32,000 bases of DNA from Methylorubrum extorquens. GTDB taxonomy: Bacteria > Pseudomonadota > Alphaproteobacteria > Rhizobiales > Beijerinckiaceae. The stretch is taken from NCBI GenBank assembly GCA_900234795.1, contig LT962688.1, forward strand, positions 1,200,001-1,232,000, given 5' to 3'. The notes beneath the pieces are model-generated. The model was not told the DNA's origin and searched no databases. It was given only the letters and a program-made list of their open reading frames with translations. The position numbers and the translations under genes are program-made. Of the stretch, positions 25,442 through 32,000 are shown one piece after another; position 1 is the stretch's first letter, and every line of letters starts with the position of its first letter.

Positions 25442-25631
25442 CCGGCCTGGGTATCGCCAGGCTGGCTGCCAAAGGCCCTCCTCCCCGAATCATGCCTTCT
25501 TACGGTCTTCGGGTGATGGGTTCGGCGAGCCGGCGCTCCCTCTCCCCGCACGCGGGGCGAGGGGACACGCACCCATCACCGAGGTGATCAGCCGGAACCG
25601 TTATCACGCGCCTCTTCGGCCGGAGGTGTGG

Positions 25632-27155
25632 TCAAATCGTCTGGTTGTAAGCGCCCACCTCCGGGTGCTGGCGCAGCACCCCATCCACCGCCGCGAACAT
25701 CTCGCGAAGCCGCGCTTCGGAGACCGGGCTCTCCACCACCACCACGAGTTCCGGCTTGTTCGAGGAGGCCCGCACCAGCCCCCAGGTGCCGTCGGCGGTG
25801 GTCACGCGCACGCCGTTGACCGTCACGAGACTGGTGATCGGATGGCCGCCCACCGGCTCGCCCGACGCCTCGAGCGCCCGGAACCGCTCGGTCACCGCAT
25901 CGACCACGCCGTACTTCACCTCGTCGGCGCAATGCGGCGACATGGTCGGCGAGCCCCAGGTCTTCGGCAGCGCCCGGTAGAGGTCGGCCATGGTCTGCCC
26001 CGGATTGCGGTCGAGCATCTCGATCACCGCGATCGCCGTGAGCAGGCCGTCGTCGTAGCCGCGGCCGACCGGCGCGTTGAAGAAGAAGTGGCCCGACTTC
26101 TCGAAGCCGGCCAGCGCCGAGAGTTCGTTGACGCGGCGCTTGATGTAGGAATGCCCCGTCTTCCAGTAATCGCTGCGCACGCCGCGGGCCTGCAACTCGG
26201 GATCGGCAGCGTAGAGACCGGTCGATTTCACGTCGACCACGAAGGTCGCGTTCGGGTGAAGCTTCGACAGGTCGCGGGCCAGCATGACGCCGATCTTGTC
26301 GGCAAAGATCTCCTCGCCCTCGTCATCGACCACGCCGCAGCGGTCGCCGTCGCCGTCGAAGCCGAGGCCGACATCGGCACCGGTCTCGCGCACCTTGTCG
26401 GCGATGGCGTGCAGCATCGCCATGTCCTCGGGGTTGGGGTTGTAGCGCGGGAAGCTGTGATCCGGCTCGACATCGAGCGGGATCACCTCGACGCCGAGCC
26501 GCTCCAGAAGCGCGGGCGCGAAGGCGCCGGCCGTGCCGTTGCCGCAGGCCGCCACGACCTTCAGCTTTCGCGAGACGGGTTTGGCGCGCGCCACGAGGTC
26601 GTCGAGATAGACCTGAGCGAAGTCGGAGACGAATTCGTAGGCACCGCCGTCGCGGTACTGGAACGCGCCCGTGGTGACGATCTCCTTGAGGCGGCCCATC
26701 TCGTCGGGGCCGAAGGTCATCGGGCGCTCGGCGCCCATCTTCACGCCGGTCCAGCCGTTGTCGTTATGCGAGGCGGTGACCATGGCCACGCAGGGGCAAT
26801 CGAGGGCGAACTGGCCGAAATAGGCCATCGGCGAGAGCGCGAGCCCGATATCCTTCACCCGCAGCCCCGCCGCCTGCATCCCGGCGATCAGCGCGAGCTT
26901 GATCGAGGCGGAGTAGGCGCGAAAGTCATGGCCGGTGACGATGTCGGGGCGCACGCCGCGCTCATGGATCAGCGTGCCGAGGCCGAGGCCCAGCGCCTGG
27001 ACGCCCATCAGGTTGATCTCCTGCGGGAACAGCCAGCGGGCGTCGTACTCGCGAAAGCCGGTGGGCTTGACCATCGGCAGTTGCTCGAAGGCGAAGGTGT
27101 TCGGCTCAAGCTTCGGAACGGGCGTGGGAAAGGCCTTGGAGGTATCGAAGGACAT
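25632..27155 (-). CDS. Phosphomannomutase / phosphoglucomutase (alpha-D-phosphohexomutase family)
   Basis: Start ATG 27155 (MSFDTSKAF). The ORF-track extension up to 29243 is read-through into the antisense frame of the neighbouring gene. Active-site loop TASHNDNGWTG, metal-binding GFDGDGDRCG and sugar-binding GFEKSGH. 507 aa. Confidence 0.9.
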   Translation of the reverse strand: MSFDTSKAFPTPVPKLEPNTFAFEQLPMVKPTGFREYDARWLFPQEINLMGVQALGLGLGTLIHERGVRPDIVTGHDFRAYSASIKLALIAGMQAAGLRVKDIGLALSPMAYFGQFALDCPCVAMVTASHNDNGWTGVKMGAERPMTFGPDEMGRLKEIVTTGAFQYRDGGAYEFVSDFAQVYLDDLVARAKPVSRKLKVVAACGNGTAGAFAPALLERLGVEVIPLDVEPDHSFPRYNPNPEDMAMLHAIADKVRETGADVGLGFDGDGDRCGVVDDEGEEIFADKIGVMLARDLSKLHPNATFVVDVKSTGLYAADPELQARGVRSDYWKTGHSYIKRRVNELSALAGFEKSGHFFFNAPVGRGYDDGLLTAIAVIEMLDRNPGQTMADLYRALPKTWGSPTMSPHCADEVKYGVVDAVTERFRALEASGEPVGGHPITSLVTVNGVRVTTADGTWGLVRASSNKPELVVVVESPVSEARLREMFAAVDGVLRQHPEVGAYNQTI

Positions 27156-27232
27156 GACAGACCTTTCGCGAGGGCGGCGGCGGACGGGAGGCCGCACGCC
27201 GCCGGAAGAGAAGCTGGAAATCGGTTGAGAGT

Positions 27233-30200
27233 TTAGACCAAGAGGCCGTCCTGAACCGAGGCGGGATTGACCTTCCACACCTCGATCGCCGCCACGGTCG
27301 GATTCTCGGCCGCCCCCTGCCAGAAGGCGAGGTCGAGCGTCCCGTCGGTGACCGAGACCGTCCGCGTCAGGGTCGTCGCGGTCGCGCCCGCCGTTGTCGC
27401 CGCCCAGATGTCGTAGTTGGCGACCGTGGTGCCCTCGATGCCGAGGTTGAACTGACGCTGGCCCGCCCCGCTGAGGCCGCCCGGATCGTCGGGCTGGTTG
27501 TAGATCTCGGCAAAGTGCAGGATCACCTCGTAGGAGCCGGAGGCCAGCGCGCTGCCATCCGCGTTCTTGATCGCGTAGCCGAAGCGTCCGTCGTCGGCAT
27601 CCGTGGTCGAGGCGCTGGCCCAGCCGAAGCGCTGGTTCTGGTAGAGCGCGTCGTCGGTGGTGCCCGCAATCGGATCGCCGTCGGAATAGGTCGCGTTCCC
27701 ATCCTGGCCGGCAACGTAGAAGCGGTGGGGGGCGGCCGCCGTGTCGGCCTCGAACACCGTTCCGTCCGCACGGGTATGGGCCGCCCCGCCGGAATTGATG
27801 GCCATGACGAGGGTGTCGGCACCGGGCGTCACGTCGATGGTGAAGGCGTGCGAGGTGGCGGCGTTGGTGTTGAGGGAAGGGCTCGCATCGGCGACCTCCC
27901 CGGCTTTCACCGTGGCGGTGTACGACCCGTCGGCCCAGCCGCCCGCCGGCGCAGCGACGAGGTAGGTGGCGGTGGCCGAGGTGGCGCTCAACGTCGCCTT
28001 CGATTGCAGGCTGATCGCCCCGACCGCGCCTGCTCCCGTCACCGCGAGATCGCTCGCCCCGATGCTGGCGAGATCGATTCCCGAGGTGTCGTTGTAGACC
28101 ACCGTCACGCTCGCTTGGCCCGCGGCGGAGACGGGCGCCGCGACATCGAAGGAGCCGATGGTCGGCGCCGTCGCGTCGGCGCCGCCGGTCACCTGCCGCA
28201 CGACGATGCCGCTCAGCTTGGCGTTGTCCAGGCCGTTGATGAACTGCAGGTCGAGCGTGCCGTTGGCGCCCGCGATGACCGGGCCCGAGACGAAGGTATA
28301 GGGCGTGTTGAAGTTGCCGGTCTGGGCCAGGATGTCGAGATCGTTGAGGATGGTCTGGCCTTCGAACGTAACGTCGAACACCCGCTGGCCGGGATTGCTC
28401 CACCAGAGTTCGGCGAAGCGCAGCTCGACCGTGTAGGACTGCGTCGTGCTGGCGACGGGGATGGCGTAGCTGAAATTGCCGTAGCGCTCGGTCTGGTAAA
28501 CGGTGCCGCCGAAGGCCGTCTGCAGGCCATTGCCACCCGTGCTGTCGGCGAAGGTGGCGCCGCCGGTGAAGTACTGGTCCGCCGAGAAGCTGATCCCGTC
28601 CTGACTCACCGCGCCTCCGCCCGCGTTGATCGCCGCGACGATCCCGACCGGAACACTCGGTTGGAACGACGAGCCTTGGCCGGAGGCGGCGTTGGTGTTC
28701 CCGGCGGGACTCGCATCGGCGATTTCCCCAGCCTTCACGGTGGTGATGTACTCCCCACCGATCCAACCGCCGGCTGGCGCGGCGACCAGATAAGTGGCGG
28801 TGGCTGAGGTGGCACTCGTGGCCGCCTTCGATTGAAGCGTGATCGCCCCGACCGGACCGGCACCCGTCATCGTGATGTCGCTCGCCCCGATGCTGTCGAG
28901 ATTGATCCCCGAGGCGTCGTTGTAGATCACCGTGACGCTGGCACTCGCGGTCGGGGTCGACGGCCCCTGGATCACGAAGGGGCCGGCCACCGACGGTCCC
29001 GTCGTATCGGCGTTCCCGCCGCCGTTCGCCTGCCGCACGATGATGCCGCTGAGCTTGGCGTTGTCGATGCCGTTGGCAAATTGCAGGTCGAGCGTGCCGT
29101 TGGCACCCGCCGTGATCGGGCCGGAGACGTAGCTGTAGGGCGTATTGAAGCTGCCGGTCTGGGCCAGGATATCGAGGTCGTTGAGGACGGTCTGCCCCTC
29201 CAGCGACACGTCGAAGACGCGCTGGCCCGGGTTGCTCCACCACAATTCGCCGAAGCGCAGCTCGACCGTGTAGGCCTGGCTCGCGCTGGCCACGGGGATC
29301 GCGTAGCTGAAATTGCCGTAGCGTTCGGTCTGGTAGACGGTGTTGGTGAAGACCGATTGCAGGCCGTTGCCGCCGGTGCTGTCGATGAAGGTGGCGCCGC
29401 CGGTGAAGTACTGGTCGGCCGAGAAGCTGATTCCGTCCTGGATCAGCGCCGCGCCGCCGGCATTGATCGCCGCGACGATCCCGCCCGCGCTGCTGGTCTG
29501 GACCGAGAAGAGCTGGGAGGCCGCGAGGTTGGTGTTGGCCGCCGGGCTCGCGTCGGACACCTCGCCGGTCTTGACGGTGGCGGTGTACTGGCCGTTGGTC
29601 CAGCCCCCGGTGGGGGCGGCGACGATGTAGGTGGCGGTGGCCGAGGTCGCGCTGGTGCTCGTCTTGGATTGCAGCGTGATCGCCCCGATCGCGCCGGGGC
29701 CCGTCACCGCGATGTCGGCCGCGGTGATGCTGGCGAGGTTGATGCCCGAAGCGTCGTTATAGACCACCGTGACGCTGGCACTCGCGTCCCCCGCCACGGG
29801 CGCCTGGACCGTGAAGGGCCCGACCGTCGGCTTGGTCATGTCGGTGCCGCCGCCCCCGCTCACTTGGCGTACGACGATGCCGCTGAGCTTGGCGTTGTCG
29901 ATGCCGTTGGCGAATTGCAGGTCGAGCGTGCCGTTGGCGCCCGCCGTGATCGGCCCTGAGACGTAGGTGTAGGGTGTGTTGAAGCTGCCGGTCTGGGCCA
30001 GGATATCGAGGTCATTGAGGATGGTCTGGCCTTCGAGCGTGACGTCGAAGACGCGCTGGCCCGGATTGCTCCACCACAATTCGCCGAAGCGCAGCTCGAC
30101 CGTGTAGGCCTGGCTCGCGCTGGCCACGGGGATCGCGTAGCTGAAATTGCCGTAGCGCTCGGTCTGGTAGACGGTGTTGGTGAAGGCCGATTGCAGGCCG

Positions 30201-32000
30201 TTGCCGCCGGTGCTGTCGATGAAGGTGGCGCCGCCGGTGAAGTACTGGTCGGCCGAGAAGCCGATCCCGTCCTGCGTCAGCGCCCCGCCGCCGGTGTTGA
30301 TCGCCGCAACGACCGGGTTCGTGGTGCCCGATTTGGCGGTGGTGGTGATGGTGACCCCATCGAAATCGGCGGTGAAGGCCTCGCCGTCGTTGGAGGTGGC
30401 GAGCAGGCCCACCGCCATCCCGCTCGCCTTGCCGCCGACGGTGTAGTCGCCCTGGATCGCCTTCAGCAGCGCGCTGCCGCTCGGCACGCTCAGGCTGGTG
30501 CCGGCGGTGAAGGCGGCGTTCGCGTCGGTGGCGGAGGAGACCGCCCCGGTGCCGAAGCGCCAGTACGGCGTCACCGTGTTGGTCTCGAGATTGACCGCGA
30601 GGCGCAGCTGCACCCAGCTCGCGCTCGTCGCACTCAGGAGCGCGTTGTTGGTGACCGCGCTGGTTTGGGCGACGCCGAGATTCTCCATCGAGGTCTCGAA
30701 GATCGCGCTGGTATACTTGCCCCCCGCACTCTCGCCGCGCCCGCCGAGCACCAGCTTGATGAAGTTGTCCTGGTCGCCCGTGCCGATCTGCAGGCCCGCC
30801 GAGGGGAAGCCGCCGTTGCTCGTGGCGTTCGGTATCCAGTTCGCCATCGTCATGGTGACGTTGGCGGTCGCCACGCTGTCATCGAAGGTGACGCCGGCCT
30901 GCAACGCGTCCTTGAGGGTGTTGTTGCCTTCCGTGAAGTCGCCCTCCTGCACGTTCTTCAACTGGATGACGCCGCCCGCGCCGCCCGCGATGATGTTGGC
31001 CGAGGTGTAGAGGCCGCCGTCGAGGAACGGGTCGAGCCCGTTGATCATCGCGCCGGTGAGCCCACTGCCGCCGAACGTGCCGGGAAGCGAGCCGGATTCG
31101 AAGTTGAACACGACCGTTTCGCCGCCGGAGATCACGTCGGTGCCCGCGGTGCCGTTGTCGGGGTCGAGGGCAAAGGGGTCGAGCGTGTTGTTGATCCCGT
31201 CGCCGTCGAGATCGAGGTTCTGCGGGTTGGTGGGGCCCGGGGTCAGCACCTTGATGTTGCCGTCGGCCAGCGTGGTGACCCAGACGGTGCCGGCGAACGG
31301 CTTGCCGTCGCCGACCGCATCGATGCCGAGCGGGGCGCCGCCGCCCATCGGCACGACCTGCTTGTCCGCTGCCACGATCTGGCCCGCGGCGCCGACAGCG
31401 GTGTCGACCCCGCCCGAGGCATTGCGCGGGATGATGTGGAGATAGCCCGCCAGATCCGTGACGAGGATGGCGCCCTTGATGCTCGTGGTGCCGCCGTCGG
31501 CCGTCGCCCAGGTGGTCGAGGCGGTGTATTCGGCCAGCCCGTTGAGCGAGCCCTGGCCGGTATCGAGCGCCCCGTCGCTGATGCCGCCCTCGAAGAACAC
31601 GCTCTCGCGCGGGTCGGCGGTGCCGGCCGGGATCACCGAGTCGAAATCGGCGGGCAGGCCGGCGCTGCCATGGGGCAGGAAGGTCGCCCCTGTCACGCCC
31701 GCCCCCGGCGTCAGCAGCCAGCCGGCTTGGCCGCCTACCGCCCGCACGAGGTTGGGGTGGCCGCCGTAATAGCCCTCCCCCGTGATCTCGTGGAGTTGGT
31801 CGTAGTTGAGCCGCTTGGTGCCGCCGTCCTGGTCGGCCGTGTTGAGCGGGATCTGGTTCTGGTTGGTCACGACGTTGCCGGCGGCATCCGACGGGCGCCC
31901 GCCCCAGCCATTGTTGGCGCCGTTGTCGTAGGTGAACATCTTGCCGTCGGAGGTCAGCAGCACGTCGTAGGCGTTGCGGTAGCCGGGCGAGTAGATCTGC
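27233..32000 (-). CDS. Giant surface/secreted lectin-like protein. The C-terminal 1588 codons are in the window; the N-terminus lies beyond it. Order: beta-propeller-like region, Ca-binding DxDxDG stretch, concanavalin/LamG-like region, 3 x (malectin + Ig-like), terminal malectin
   Basis: The frame stays open to the window edge (..IYSPGYRNAYDVLLTSDGKMF..). Malectin/CBM57-like modules: INAGG..DG..F.AD.YF.GG......YQTERYG.FSY.IP....Y.V.L.F.E......GQRVFDV..EG...L.DLDI. Intervening ~110-aa Ig-like modules (SVTVVYNDASGINL..ATYLVAAPAGGW). DLDGDGINNTLDPFALDPDNG resembles thrombospondin-type-3 Ca-binding motifs. No RTX repeats. Confidence 0.8.
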   Translation of the reverse strand, partial: QIYSPGYRNAYDVLLTSDGKMFTYDNGANNGWGGRPSDAAGNVVTNQNQIPLNTADQDGGTKRLNYDQLHEITGEGYYGGHPNLVRAVGGQAGWLLTPGAGVTGATFLPHGSAGLPADFDSVIPAGTADPRESVFFEGGISDGALDTGQGSLNGLAEYTASTTWATADGGTTSIKGAILVTDLAGYLHIIPRNASGGVDTAVGAAGQIVAADKQVVPMGGGAPLGIDAVGDGKPFAGTVWVTTLADGNIKVLTPGPTNPQNLDLDGDGINNTLDPFALDPDNGTAGTDVISGGETVVFNFESGSLPGTFGGSGLTGAMINGLDPFLDGGLYTSANIIAGGAGGVIQLKNVQEGDFTEGNNTLKDALQAGVTFDDSVATANVTMTMANWIPNATSNGGFPSAGLQIGTGDQDNFIKLVLGGRGESAGGKYTSAIFETSMENLGVAQTSAVTNNALLSATSASWVQLRLAVNLETNTVTPYWRFGTGAVSSATDANAAFTAGTSLSVPSGSALLKAIQGDYTVGGKASGMAVGLLATSNDGEAFTADFDGVTITTTAKSGTTNPVVAAINTGGGALTQDGIGFSADQYFTGGATFIDSTGGNGLQSAFTNTVYQTERYGNFSYAIPVASASQAYTVELRFGELWWSNPGQRVFDVTLEGQTILNDLDILAQTGSFNTPYTYVSGPITAGANGTLDLQFANGIDNAKLSGIVVRQVSGGGGTDMTKPTVGPFTVQAPVAGDASASVTVVYNDASGINLASITAADIAVTGPGAIGAITLQSKTSTSATSATATYIVAAPTGGWTNGQYTATVKTGEVSDASPAANTNLAASQLFSVQTSSAGGIVAAINAGGAALIQDGISFSADQYFTGGATFIDSTGGNGLQSVFTNTVYQTERYGNFSYAIPVASASQAYTVELRFGELWWSNPGQRVFDVSLEGQTVLNDLDILAQTGSFNTPYSYVSGPITAGANGTLDLQFANGIDNAKLSGIIVRQANGGGNADTTGPSVAGPFVIQGPSTPTASASVTVIYNDASGINLDSIGASDITMTGAGPVGAITLQSKAATSATSATATYLVAAPAGGWIGGEYITTVKAGEIADASPAGNTNAASGQGSSFQPSVPVGIVAAINAGGGAVSQDGISFSADQYFTGGATFADSTGGNGLQTAFGGTVYQTERYGNFSYAIPVASTTQSYTVELRFAELWWSNPGQRVFDVTFEGQTILNDLDILAQTGNFNTPYTFVSGPVIAGANGTLDLQFINGLDNAKLSGIVVRQVTGGADATAPTIGSFDVAAPVSAAGQASVTVVYNDTSGIDLASIGASDLAVTGAGAVGAISLQSKATLSATSATATYLVAAPAGGWADGSYTATVKAGEVADASPSLNTNAATSHAFTIDVTPGADTLVMAINSGGAAHTRADGTVFEADTAAAPHRFYVAGQDGNATYSDGDPIAGTTDDALYQNQRFGWASASTTDADDGRFGYAIKNADGSALASGSYEVILHFAEIYNQPDDPGGLSGAGQRQFNLGIEGTTVANYDIWAATTAGATATTLTRTVSVTDGTLDLAFWQGAAENPTVAAIEVWKVNPASVQDGLLV
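27815..30316 (-). repeat. Three in-frame tandem repeats (834, 837 and 831 nt), each encoding one malectin plus one Ig-like module
   Basis: Unit boundaries from hand counting of the translation: 30316-29483, 29482-28646 and 28645-27815. Plus-strand spurious ORFs recur at 834-837 nt offsets (28932 vs 29769; 29340 vs 30174). The malectin halves of units 1 and 2 differ at roughly 10 of 150 residues. Confidence 0.85.

Noticed and set aside
25434-27236. 600-aa plus-strand ORF antisense to pmm
   Set aside because: The minus-strand frame contains the diagnostic TASHND and GFDGDGDR phosphohexomutase motifs. The plus-strand translation is nonsense-like.
27156-29243. ORF-track extension of the pmm frame up to 29243 (a 1203-aa ORF)
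   Set aside because: Upstream of ATG 27155 the frame is an off-frame reading of the giant malectin gene (Arg/Gly-rich). A 78-nt spacer and the stop codon of the giant gene at 27233-27235 separate the two genes.
27815-30316. Regular 0.83-kb repeats considered as a possible CRISPR, satellite or mobile array
   Set aside because: The repeats are far too long, are in-frame and encode folded malectin/Ig modules of a single ORF. There is no short repeat-spacer organisation anywhere in the window.

Overview
High-GC (about 68-70% by eye) alphaproteobacterial chromosome, very probably from the Methylobacterium/Methylorubrum extorquens group. All identifications come from remembered family motifs; no search was run.

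Left third (162-10621, + strand): the accessory part of the methanol dehydrogenase cluster, in canonical order mxaJ-G-I-R-S-A-C-K-L-D-E-H-B. mxaF lies upstream of the window. All 13 genes are intact, and many are linked by overlapping stop/start codons.

Remainder (10.8-32 kb): a surface-glycan / exopolysaccharide region.
- A minus-strand operon: ExoF-like export protein, ManC, small membrane ORF.
- A plus-strand set: UDP-xylose synthase, GT26 (WecG/TagA) transferase, a GDP-mannose 3,5-epimerase homologue, the priming polyprenyl-phosphate sugar transferase, a Wzc/ExoP-like co-polymerase/tyrosine kinase, and an 86-aa CxxC...CxxC ORF.
- Two tandem paralogous genes for signal-peptide-less proteins (parallel beta-helix plus RTX).
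- Phosphomannomutase.
- The 3' 4.8 kb of a giant gene with four malectin-like lectin modules. Three of these sit in near-identical 831-837 nt tandem repeats.

Main observations:
- A predicted GDP-L-galactose/L-gulose route (PMM, ManC, GME).
- The beta-helix/RTX pair, with conserved upstream sequence islands and an AT-rich promoter region.
- Three single-base frameshifts (manC and both RTX genes), all confined to the glycan region.
- Two copies of a palindromic REP/MITE-like element bracketing the biosynthetic block.

No rRNA, tRNA, CRISPR array, transposase or integrase was seen.
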